Shown: positions 39,931 through 50,407, counted from the stretch's first letter. The stretch: DNA of 64,000 nt from an uncultured Chloroflexia bacterium (GCA_963850045.1 CAWKJL010000003.1:965288-1029287); one strand, 5' to 3'. Notes: generated by a model not told the origin, from the letters alone. Program-made: numbers and translations.

Positions 39931-42900
39931 ACAACGTCGCCCCGACGGCCACGATCGATCTCCGGGCGGCATCGGACAGCGGCGTCTCGAATTCGGACGA
40001 CCTGACCAACGCTGCGAGCCCCATCTTCGACGTGACCTTCAGCGAGACGGTAGCAGGGCTGGCCGCGGGCGACTTCTCCAACGTCGGGACGGCAACCGGC
40101 TGTGTCTTCGGCGCCCCGGCCGGCGCGGCCGCTGCGTACAACGTCACGGTCACGGGCTGTTCTGAGGGCACCCTCATCGTGCGGCTCGCCGCCAACGGGG
40201 TCCTCGACACCGCCGGCAACGGCAATGCCCTGACGAACGGGCCGACCGTCACGATCGACCGGACCGGGCCGAGCGTCACCATCAACCAGGCGGCCGCGCA
40301 GCCGGACCCGACCAACGCCAGCCCGATCAACTACACGGTCGTCTTCAGCGAGCCCGCCACCGGCTTCATCACCGGCGACGTCACGGTCGCGGGGACCTCA
40401 GGCGGGGCCAAGACCGGGACGGTCACGGGCGGCCCGACCACCTACAACGTGGCGGTCACCGGGATGACCACGTCGGGCACCGTCATCGCCACGATCGCGG
40501 CGGCGCGGGCGACCGACCTGGCCGGCAACAACAACATCGCGTCCACCTCGACCGACAACACGGTGACCTGGGACGTGGTCGCCCCGACCGTGACCATCAA
40601 CCAGGCGGCGGGCCAGCCTGACCCGACCAATGGGGCCACGATCAACTACACGGTCGTGTTCAGCAAGCCGGTCACCGGCTTCACGACGGGCGATGTGACC
40701 GTCGCCGGGACCTCGGGCGGGGTCAAGACCGGCACGGTCACGGGCGGCCCGACCACCTACAACGTGGCGGTCACCGGGATGACGTCGTCCGGGACGGTCA
40801 TCGCCACGATCGCCGGAGGCGTCGCGATCGACGCCGCGGGCAACAACAACGCCGCGTCGACCTCGGTCGACAACACGGTCACGTGGGACAACACCGCGCC
40901 GACGGTCACCATCAACCAGGCGGCCGCACAGGTCGACCCGACCAACGGGGCGACGATCAACTTCACGGTCACGTTCAGCGAGGCGGTGGTCGGCTTCGCG
41001 ACCGGCGACGTGTCCTTCACCGGCAGCACGGCCGGTGGCGCCCTGGTCGGGACCGTCAGCGGCGCCGGTCCCGTCTACAACGTCGCGGTCACAGGGATGA
41101 CCAGCTCGGGTACCGTCGTCGCGTCGCTCGGTGCCGGCGTGGCCGCAGATCCGGCCGGCAACCCCAACGCCGCATCCACCTCGGCCGACAACACGGTCAC
41201 GTGGGACAACGTCGCGCCGACGGTCACCATCAACCAGGCAGCGGCCCAGGCCGACCCGACGAAGACCAGCCCGATCAACTTCACCGTCGTCTTCAGCGAG
41301 CCGGTGCTCAACTTCGTCACGGGCGACGTCACGTTCGGTGGGACCGCGGGCGGGGCCAAGGTGGGCACCGTCACCGGCGCCGGGACGACCTACAACGTGG
41401 CCGTCACCGGGATGACCACCACCGGGACGGTCATCGCCACCATCACGGCGGCCAAGGCGAACGACCCCGCCGGCAACAACAACCTGGCGTCCACGTCCAC
41501 GGACAACACGGTCACCTGGGACGTCACCGCCCCGACCGTGACGATCAACCAGGCGGTCGGGCCAGGCTGACCCGACCAACGGGGCGACGATCAATTACAC
41601 GGTCACGTTCAACGAGGCCGTCACCGGGTTCACCACGGGCGACGTGACGATCGCCGGGACCTCGGGCGGGATCAAGACCGGGACGGTCACCGGCGGCCCG
41701 ATCATCTACAACGTCGCGGTCACCGGCATGACGTCGTCCGGCACCGTCATCGCCACGGTCGCGGCCAGCGTCGCGACGGACCTCGCCGGCAACAACAACG
41801 CCGCCTCCACCTCGGTCGACAACACCGTGACGTGGGACAACGTCGCCCCGACGGTGACGATCAACCAGGCGGCCGCACAGGTCGACCCGACGAACGCGAG
41901 CCCGATCAACTTCACGGTCACGTTCAGTGAGGCCGCCACCGGGTTCACGACCGGTGACGTCACGTTCGGCGGCACCGCCGGCGGGCCTCTCGTCGGCACC
42001 GTCACCGGCGGCCCGATCATCTACAACGTCGCGGTCACGGGCATGACCATCTGCGGGCACGGTCATCGCCACGCTCGGCGCCGGTGTCGCGACGGACCTC
42101 GCCGGCAACAACAACGCCGCCTCGACCTCGGTCGACAACACCGTGACCTGGGACAACGTCGCCCCGACGGCCGTCATCGACCTCCGGGCCGCGTCGGACA
42201 GCGGCGTTTCGAACTCGGACGACATCACCAACGCCGCGAGCCTGATCTTCGATGTGACCTTCAGCGAGTCCGTGGTCGGGCTGGCAGCGAACGACTTCTC
42301 CAACGTCGGGACCGCGACGGGTTGCGTCGTGGGCGCACCGGCCGGCGCCGGCGCGGCCTATTCGGTGACGTTGACCGCCTGCGCGCAGGGAACGGTGATC
42401 CTCCGGCTGCGTGCCGCCGCCGTGACCGACGCGGCGACCAACGCCAATGCCGTGACCGACGGCCCGACCGTGACCGTCGACCGGACCGGGCCGACCGTCA
42501 CGATCAACCAGGCCGCCGCGCAGCCCGACCCGACCAGCGTGAGCCCGATCAACTACACGGTCGTGTTCAACGAGGCTGCGGCCGGCTTTGCCACGGGCGA
42601 CGTCACGGTCGGCGGGACCTCGGGCGGGGTCAAGACCGGGGCCGTGACCGGTGGCCCGGCGACCTACAACGTGGCGGTCAGCGGGATGACCACGTCCGGC
42701 ACGGTGGTCGCGACCATCGCGGCCGGTGTCGCGACCGACCTCGCCGGGAACGCCAGCGCCGCCGCGACCACCACCGACAACATCGTCACCTGGGACGTCA
42801 TCAGCCCGACCGTCACGATCAACCAGGCGGCCGCCCAGCCCGATCCGACCAATGCCAGTCCGATCAACTTCACGGTCACCTTCAGCGAGGCCGCCACCGG

Positions 42901-43745
42901 GTTCACGACCGGCGACGTCACGTTCGGCGGCACCGCCGGAGGGCCCCTCGTCGGCACGGTCACCGGCGGCCCGATCATCTACAACGTGGCGGTCACCGGG
43001 ATGACCGACTGCGGGCACGGTCATCGCCACGCTCGGCGCCGGGGTCGCGACGGACCTTGCCGGCAACGCGAACGCCGCCTCGACCTCGGTCGACAACACC
43101 GTGACCTGGGACAACGTCGCCCCGAGCGTGACCATCAACCAGGCGGCCGCGCAGCCGGACCCGACCAATGCCAGTCCGATCAACTTCACGGTCGTCTTCA
43201 GCGAGCCGGTGACCGGCTTCATCACCGGCGACGTGACCCTCGCGGGAACCGCAGGCGGGGCGCTCACGGGCACGGTCACCGGCGGCCCGACCACGTACAA
43301 CGTGGCCGTGACCGGCATGACCACGTCGGGCACGGTCGTCGCCACGATCGCGGCCGCCAAGGCCTTGGACCTCGCCGGCAACGACAACACGGCGTCCACC
43401 TCGGCCGACAACACCGTCACCTGGGACAACGTTGCGCCTACGGTCACGATCAACCAGGCGGCCGCGCAGGCCGACCCGACCAACGCGAGCCCGATCAACT
43501 ACACGGTGGTGTTCAGCGAGCCGGTCACCGGCTTCGTCACCGGCGACGTGACGGTCGGTGGGACATCGGGCGGGGCCAAGACCGGCACGGTCACGGGCGG
43601 CCCGACCACCTACAACGTCGCCGTGACCGGCATGACCACCTCGGGCACCGTCATCGCCACGATCGCGGCGGCCCGAGCGACCGACCTGGCCGGCAACAAC
43701 AACACCGCGTCCACCTCGACCGACAACACGGTGACCTGGGACCGG
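39931..43745 (+). repeat. Coding tandem array of roughly 315-nt (105-aa) Ig-like domain repeats arranged as two super-repeats. Each super-repeat has one 'IDLRAASDSGVSNSDD' type unit followed by 6 or 4 'TINQAAAQPDPTN' type units.
   Basis: The atcaaccagg motif recurs at 40281, 40596, 40911, 41229, 41544 and 41860, and again at 42503, 42818, 43134 and 43449 (period 315-318 nt). The B-type units start near 39931 and 42150. Confidence 0.85.
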
Positions 43746-45437
43746 GCGACCCACCTCGCCTTCCAGCAGCAGCCGACCGACACCGTCCACGGGAGCGCGA
43801 TCAGTCCGACCGTGACGGTCGCCATCCTCGATGACAACGGCCTGGTCGTGACCGAGAAGGCCGGGTCCATCACGCTGACCCCGTCGGCGCCGGGTGCCCT
43901 CGAGGTCTCGCCGGTGACGATCGCGGTGGTCAACGGCGTCGCGACGTTCACCGGGCTGATCGCCGATCAGGTCGGCACCTACACCCTGGACGCGACCAGT
44001 GCCGGGCTCGTCGGGACGACGAGCGCGTCGTTCGACGTCACCACGGCCGCCCTGATCGTCACGGCCACCAACCGGTCCAAGGTCTACGGCCAGACCGTCG
44101 TGTTCGCGGGCACGGAGTTCACGACCAGCGGGCTGCTCGGGACCGACACGGTCGACAGCGTCACGCTGACGAGCCCGGGTGCCGCCTCGACGGCGACCGT
44201 CGCAGGCGGCCCGTACGCCATCACGCCGTCGGCCGCCGTCGGGAGCGGCCTCTCGAACTACGCCATCACCTACGTCGCCGGCAGCCTGACCGTGACCACC
44301 GCCCCGCTGACGATCGAGGCCGATGATCGGACGAAGACGTACGGCCAGACGGTCGTCTTCGCCGGGACCGAGTTCACGACCAGCGGCCTGCTCAACGGCG
44401 ACACCGTGACGAGCGTGACCCTGACGAGCCTCGGGGCGGCGCCCACCGCCACGGTCGCCGGCAGCCCGTACGCCATCACCCCGAGCGCCGCGATCGGCAC
44501 CGGGCTCTCGAACTACGCGATCGCCTACGCCGACGGCGACCTGACCGTGACCACCGCCCTGCTGACGGTGACGGCGGACGATCGCTCGAAGACGTACGGG
44601 CAGACCGTGGTCTTCGCCGGGACCGAGTTCAGCACGACCGGCCTGCTCAATGCCGACGCCGTCGACACGGTCACCTTGACGAGCGGCGGCGCCCCGTCGA
44701 CCGCCACGGTCGCCGGCAGCCCGTACGCGATCACCCCGTCGGCTGCGACCGGGACTGGTCTCTCGAACTACGCGATCACGTACGTCGACGGCGCCCTGAC
44801 GGTGACCGCGGCCACCCTGACGATCACCGCGCACGACCGATCGAAGGTCTACGGCCAGACGGTCGTCTTCGCCGGAACGGAGTTCAGCGCGACCGGCCTG
44901 CTCAATGCGGACACCGTCACGAGCGTCACGCTGACCAGCCCGGGCGCCGTCGCGACCGCGACCGTGGCCGGCAGCCCGTACGCCATCACCCCGTCGGCTG
45001 CGGTCGGCACTGGCCTGGGCAACTACGCGATCACGTATGTCGACGGCGCGCTGACCGTGACCCCGGCCGCGCTCACCGATCACCGCGGACGACCGGACGA
45101 AGACGTACGGCCAGACGGTCGTCTTCGCCGGCACCGAGTTCTCGACCACGGGTCTCCTCAATGCCGACGTGGTCGACAGCGTGACCCTCACGAGCCCGGG
45201 CGCCCTCGCGACCGCCACGGTCGCCGGCAGCCCCTACTTCATCACGCCGTCGGCGGCCGTCGGGACCGGGCTCGGCAACTACACGATCACGTATGCGACC
45301 GGCGAGCTGACGGTGACCAAGGCCGCGCTGACCATCACCGCCGACGACCGTTCGAAGGTGTACGGCACCGTGGCGGTCTTCGCCGGCACCGAGTTCTCGA
45401 CCGCCGGCCTCCTGAACGCTGATGCGGTCGATACCGT

Positions 45438-46045
45438 CACGCTGACCAGCCCGGGCGCGCTCGCCACCGCGACCGTGGCCGGCAGCCCGTACCCGATCAC
45501 CCCGTCGGCCGCGACCGGCACCGGCCTCGGCAACTACACGATCACCTACGTCGACGGCGAGCTGACCGTGACCCAGGCGACGGCGGTCATCGTGGTGACC
45601 GGCTACTCGGTCGTCTACGACGCGCTGCCCCACACCGCCACGGGCACGGCCACGGGCGTGCTCGGCGAGGACCTCTCGGCCGGCCTCGACCTGACGGCCA
45701 CGACGCACACCGCGGTGGGCGCCTCGACCGACCCCTGGACCTTCACCGACCCGGCCGGCAACTACGCGCCGGACGCGGGCACGGTCGACACCGAGATCAC
45801 CCCCGCCCCGCTGACCGTCACCGCCGACGACCGGACCAAGACCTACGGCCAGACGGTGGTCTTCGCCGGCACCGAGTTCACCACCAGCGGCCTGCTCGGG
45901 GCCGACAGCGTCGACAGCGTCACGCTCACGAGCGCGGGCGCCGCGCCGACCGCCACCGTGGCCGGCAGCCCGTACGCGATCACCCCGAGCGCCGCGACCG
46001 GCACCGGGCCTCGGCAACTACACGATCACCTATGTCGACGGCGCG
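45438..46045 (+). repeat. Copy 1 of a near-identical intragenic segmental duplication of about 610 bp
   Basis: It aligns base for base with 46953-47567 (offset 1515 nt). I saw only a handful of substitutions by eye, including the 15-nt divergent patch (ctcggcaactacacg versus ctgtcgaactacgcg) shortly before the end. Confidence 0.8.
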
Positions 46046-46952
46046 CTGACGGTCACGAAGGCGCCGATGACGATCAAGGCCAACGACCGGACCAAGACCT
46101 ACGGCCAGACGGTCGTGTTCGCCGGCACCGAGTTCACCATCGAGCGGCCTGCTCAACGCCGACACCGTGACGAGCGTCACCCTCGACCAGCCCGGGCGCC
46201 GCGGCCGACGGCCACCGTGGCCGGCAGCCCGTACGCCGATCACCCCGTCGGCGGCCGTCGGCACCGGCCTCGGCAACTACACCATCACCTACGTCGACGG
46301 CGAGCTGACGGTCGATCCCGGCCGCGCTGACCATCACCGCCGACGACCGGACCAAGACCTACGGCCAGACCGTGGTCTTCGCCGGCACCGAGTTCACCAC
46401 GACGGGCCTGCTCAACGCGGACATCGTCGACAGCGTGACGCTGACCAGCCCCGGCGCCGCGGCGACCGCGACCGTGGCCGGCAGCCCGTACGCCGATCAC
46501 CGCCGTCGGCCGCGGTCGGCACCGGCCTCGGCAACTACACGATCACCTACGTCGACGGCGCGCTGACCGTCACGCCGGCAGCGCTCACCATCACCGCCGA
46601 CGACCGGACCAAGATCTACGGCCAGACGGTCGTCTTCGCCGGCACCGAGTTCATCGACCAGCGGGCCTGCTCAACGCCGACAGCGTCGACAGCGTCACCC
46701 TGGCCAGCCCGGGCGCCGCGCCGACCGCGACCGTGGCCGGCAGCCCGTACGCCATCACCCCGAGCGCCGCGACCGGCACCGGGCCTCGGCGAACTACGCG
46801 ATCACCTATGTCGACGGCGCGCTGACGGTCACGCCGGCGCCGCTGACGATCGAGGCCGACGACCGGACCAAGACCTACGGCCAGACGGTCGTGTTCGCCG
46901 GCACCGAGTTCACCTTCAGCGGCCTGCTGAACGCCGACACCGTGACCGAGCG

Positions 46953-47567
46953 TCACGCTGACCAGCCCGGGCGCGCTCGCCACCGCGACCGTGGCCGGCA
47001 GCCCGTACCCGATCACCCCGTCGGCCGCGACCGGCACCGGCCTCGGCAACTACACGATCACCTACGTCGACGGCGAGCTGACCGTGACCCAGGCGACGGC
47101 GGTCATCGTGGTGACCGGCTACTCGGTCGTCTACGACGCGCTGCCCCACACCGCCACGGGCACGGCCACGGGCGTGCTCGGCGAGGACCTCTCGGCCGGC
47201 CTCGACCTGACGGCCACGACGCACACCGCGGTGGGCGCCTCGACCGACCCCTGGACCTTCACCGACCCGGCCGGCAACTACGCGCCGGACGCGGGCACGG
47301 TCGACACCGAGATCACCCCTGCCCCGCTGACCGTCACCGCCGACGACCGGACCAAGACCTACGGCCAGACCGTGGTCTTCGCGGGCACCGAGTTCACCAC
47401 CAGCGGCCTGCTCGGGGCCGACAGCGTCGACAGCGTCACGCTCACGAGCGCGGGCGCCGCGCCGACCGCCACCGTGGCCGGCAGCCCGTACGCCATCACC
47501 CCGAGCGCCGCGACCGGCACCGGGCCTGTCGAACTACGCGATCACCTATGTCGACGGCGCGCTGACG
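46953..47567 (+). repeat. Copy 2 of the near-identical intragenic duplication of about 610 bp
   Basis: See copy 1. Both copies include the same extra G in caccgggcct. Confidence 0.8.
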
Positions 47568-48575
47568 GTGGATCTCGCCTCCCTGACCATCACCGCGGAC
47601 GACATCTCGAAGCTGCCCGGGCTCACCTACACGTTCACCGGCACGGAGTTCACGACCGTCGGACTCCAGAATGCGGACACCGTCGATTCGGCGACCCTCG
47701 TGAGCGCGGGCGCCCCGGCATTGGCGCCACCGGGCACCTACCCGATCTTCATCTCCGCCGCCATCGGGACCGGCCTCGCGAACTACACGATCACCTACGT
47801 GCAAGGCACCTTCAACGTCGGGAACGCCACGCCGGCCGTCGGTGACACCGATATCAGCACGACCGCGACCACGGCCGTCGATGGCGCGGTCTCGGTCGTC
47901 GATCCGGACCCCGGCCAGACCGTGACGGTGACGATCACGGTCGCGCCGACCCACGGGACCGCGACGGTCGCCGCCGACGGGTCGTTCACCTACACGCCGA
48001 CCGGCACCTACACGGGCGACGACACCTTCACGATCCAGGGCTGCGACGACTTCGCGCCGCCCGCGTGCGACACGGGCACGGTCACGGTCTCGGTCTACCC
48101 GGTCGCGGTCGCCGACGCCCAGGTGACGAGCCAGGGCAAGACCGTCGAGGTCGATGTCCAGGCGAACGACATCGGCGATGCCGGGCTTCCGCAGATCGTC
48201 AGCGGGCCGGCCCATGGCACGGCGAAGATCGGCTCGATCATCTACACGCCGGATGCCGGCTTCAGCGGCACGGACCACGTCGTCTACCGGATCTGCAGCC
48301 CCAACGACCCGGCACTCTGCGATGACGCGACCCTGACGATCACGGTCGCCGAGGCCCCGCCCGCAACCGACGGCGATCCAGTTGATCGCCTCGCCCATCG
48401 GCCCGATCCGATCGTCGCTGATCTGGCTGGCGATCATGGCCGGCCTGGTGGCCGCCGTGGGTGCCGGCGCCGTGTTCGCGACCGCCCGGCGTCGTCAGCG
48501 CGCCTGACGTCGCACCCGCGGGAGCGCCGCGAGCCTGCGCCTGAGCGGCATGCGGTATCATCGCCGCCGCTCCAC

Positions 48576-48650
48576 TGGCGAGTGGCCAAGCGGTAAGGCG
48601 CCTGACTCTGGATCAGGAGATCGAAGGTTCGAATCCTTCCTCGCCAGCCA
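48576..48650 (+). tRNA. tRNA-Gln (anticodon CUG), CCA encoded
   Basis: I folded it by hand. The acceptor stem is TGGCGAG/CTCGCCA (the U1-A72 pair is typical of tRNA-Gln). The D arm is GCC-AAGCGGTAA-GGC. The anticodon stem is CCTGA/TCAGG with loop CTCTGGA. The T arm is GAAGG-TTCGAAT-CCTTC. The discriminator is G, followed by CCA. A TATCAT -10-like box lies at 48556-48561. Confidence 0.9.
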
Positions 48651-48853
48651 ACAGCCCGACTCGCGCTGAACGGAGCTGCCCACCCCTTTCCTCGTCGTGT
48701 CGTGCAGCACGAGCGTGCGCGTGCGGCCGGTCCACGGAGTGGGTCGGACGGGCCGGACGGCCCGCCGATGGGTGACCTTCGTCCCTCGTCCGGCTCCGGG
48801 CCGACGCCCAGACTCGCCGGATCAACCACCGATCCACGGCTCGGAGGCGCGAG

Positions 48854-49255
48854 ATGACTCGGGTCCTCGTCGTCCATCACGACCTCGATCTGGCCGGCCA
48901 GGAGGTCGATTCGCTGCGCCGCTACGGCTATGACGTCGTCGAGTGCGGCGGACCGACCCGCAATCGCTGTCCGGTGCTCGCGGGACACCCGTGCGACCTC
49001 GCGGAGCGGGCTGACGTCCTCGTGTACGACGTCTGGGCGAGCGGCGACGCCGAAGGGTCCAAGACCCTGATCGAAAACATCCGCGACGTCCACCCGGACA
49101 CGCCGGTCGTCCTGACGGCGCCGGGTGTCGCGCTCAGCTGGGAGGAGACGACCGGCACCCACGCCGTGACCGTGCTCCTCGGCCAGCCGACCGGCGCCCG
49201 CCTCGACGAAGCGATCAAGGCTGCGCTCGCGCCACAGGCGGCGCCGGAAACGTGA
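48854..49255 (+). CDS. Stand-alone receiver-like (CheY-fold-like) protein with a Cys-containing insertion (hypothetical)
   Basis: 133 aa, with a GGAGG SD sequence. The beta-alpha pattern runs RVLVVHHDLDLAGQEVDSLRRYGYDVVEC...ADVLVYDVWASGD...PVVLTAPG. The canonical acidic pair is HHD, and CGGPTRNRCPVLAGHPC is inserted. This is a pattern-based call. Confidence 0.5.
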   Translation: MTRVLVVHHDLDLAGQEVDSLRRYGYDVVECGGPTRNRCPVLAGHPCDLAERADVLVYDVWASGDAEGSKTLIENIRDVHPDTPVVLTAPGVALSWEETTGTHAVTVLLGQPTGARLDEAIKAALAPQAAPET

Positions 49256-49261
49256 AGCGCG

Positions 49262-50108
49262 CTAGCCAGCCTGCGCGTTCGGTTCGGCCGGCCAGTACTG
49301 CTCGCTGACGATCGCATCGCGGGCGAATCCGCGCCTCGCGAGGATCAGTTCGGTGGCGGCGATGACCCCGGGATTCCCACAGAGATAGGCGACGCTGTCG
49401 GCCGGAGCCAGTCCGTGGACATCGCACAGCTCGTCAAGGCGGGCGTCGATCCGGCCGGTGAGCCCGGTCCAGCCGGCATTGTCGGGATGGGTCGGGCGGG
49501 AGATCAGCGGCGAGTAGCGGAACCGGGTCGGGCCGCCAGCGATCCCCTCGATCCGGTCGCGGTAGGCAAGCTCCCCGACGCGCGCGACGCCGTGGACGAC
49601 GACCGCGCGCGGTGTTTCGTCGTCGTTGCGGGGCCGGGCGGCGTCGTCGGCCGCCAGCGCCTCGAGCATCGAAACCAACGGGGCGATCCCGGTTCCGGTG
49701 GCGATGAACAGGTGGGCCCGGGGGTCGCCCGGGCCGGAGCGTGAAGAGGCCCTTCGCCCGGCCGAGGCGGAGGCGGGCGCCGACCGGAAGCGCCCACAGC
49801 CGAGGCGTGAACGTGCCGCCGTCCACGAGGCGGACGAGGAACTCGAGGTCGCGACCCCGCCCCGCCGCGGATGCCGTCGAGTACGGCCGTTGGACCAGCC
49901 GGCCATCGACCATCAGGCCCAGCGCGAAGTACTGGCCAGGCTCGAACGGGAGTGCGCCGACGTCCGGCCGGACCGTGAACCGGGCGACCGTCTCTGTCAG
50001 GTCGATCCGGGCCATCAGCGTCGCGTTCGGCTCCGCATCCGGCCCAGCCGACCTGCCAGCGGTGCCCGCCGGGCGAGCGGCCGTCGTGAGCCGACCCACC
50101 TCGGTCAT
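49262..50108 (-). pseudogene. Ferredoxin-NADP(+) reductase-like FAD/NAD(P)-binding oxidoreductase, net +1 frame disruption near 49728-49735
   Basis: The N-terminal frame reads FEPGQYFALGL...RPYSTASA...LEFLVRLVDGGTFTPRLW...GLFTLRPG. The next frame reads DPRAHLFIATGTGIAPLVSMLE...AYLCGNPGVI...SEQYW. It lies directly downstream of the ferredoxin gene. Confidence 0.8.
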
Positions 50109-50116
50109 GTCCACCG

Positions 50117-50407
50117 TCAGGCGGCGGCAGCGACGCGCTCGACCGCTTCGCGAGCCGCCTCGGGGTCGAGGTACCAGGTCGCGTCGATCCGGGCGAACTG
50201 GGCCCAGGGCGGCGGGAGCCGATCGGCACGGAAGATCGCCTGGTTCGGGCACGCGCTCTCGCAGGAGCCGCAGTCGATGCAGCCGTCCGGGTCGATGTAG
50301 AACTTGCGGTCGACCGACGGGTCGGCCGTGATGCAGTCGACCGGACAGACGGCCACGCACGACTGGTCGCTGTTGTCGATGCACGGTTCGGCGATGACGT
50401 AGGCCAT
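50117..50407 (-). CDS. Ferredoxin (FdxA-like, 3Fe-4S/4Fe-4S type)
   Basis: 96 aa. MAYVIAEPCIDNSDQSCVAVCPVDCI...DPDGCIDCGSCESACPNQAI carries the characteristic Cys pattern. Confidence 0.9.
   Translation of the reverse strand: MAYVIAEPCIDNSDQSCVAVCPVDCITADPSVDRKFYIDPDGCIDCGSCESACPNQAIFRADRLPPPWAQFARIDATWYLDPEAAREAVERVAAAA

Larger units (their letters stand above)
44044..47820 (+). repeat. Coding tandem array of roughly 255-nt (85-aa) MBG-type repeats (about 14 units) with two interspersed 'YSVVYDALPHTATGTATGV' modules
   Basis: The tacggccagacSgtSgtSttcgcSggcacSgagttc motif recurs about every 255 nt from 44087 to 47610. Confidence 0.85.
38144..48507 (+). pseudogene. Giant (about 3450 aa) secreted subtilisin-like S8 protease / repeat adhesin with at least 20 frame disruptions. 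Domain order: signal peptide, AEPT/AEPS low-complexity region, I9 propeptide, S8 catalytic domain, CARDB-like domain, two blocks of Ig-like repeats, a Big-like domain, about 14 MBG repeats, two cadherin/VCBS-like domains, C-terminal TM anchor.
   Basis: The catalytic triad contexts are AVLDTGVDG, HGTAMAGIIAA and SGTSASSAEVAAAA. The propeptide reads YIVTFAPGTSAAAQ...LRADGNVTRVEADRV. Repeats are of the form APTVTINQAA.QPDPTN.SPINYTVVFSEP.TGF..GDVT and DDRTKTYGQTVVFAGTEFTTSGLL...SPYAITPSAA.GTGL.NYTITYVDG.LTV. My translation of the last frame gives ...IWLAIMAGLVAAVGAGAVFATARRRQRA-stop (TGA at 48505-48507). The start could instead be GTG 38054. Confidence 0.75.

Noticed and set aside
45438-47567. 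The near-identical repeat pair as a diversity-generating retroelement (template/variable repeat).
   Set aside because: The differences are not adenine-specific. The copies are about 610 bp and in frame with structural repeats. No reverse transcriptase or accessory gene is present in the window.
39931-47820. Regular 315-nt and 255-nt periodicity, which could be mistaken for a CRISPR-like or satellite array.
   Set aside because: The repeats are contiguous with no unique spacers. They are far longer than CRISPR repeats, and they translate into Ig-like and MBG protein domains within one gene. No cas genes are present.
38144-48507. Frame disruptions in the adhesin as phase variation or programmed ribosomal frameshifting.
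   Set aside because: The runs involved are only 2-4 nt, too short for slipped-strand switching. There is no slippery heptamer plus structure pattern. The same type of lesion also hits housekeeping genes (glpD, FNR, kinases) across the window.
48508-48853. A genomic island or prophage integrated at tRNA-Gln.
   Set aside because: There is no integrase, no duplicated tRNA 3' segment within the window, and no compositional break that I can see by eye.
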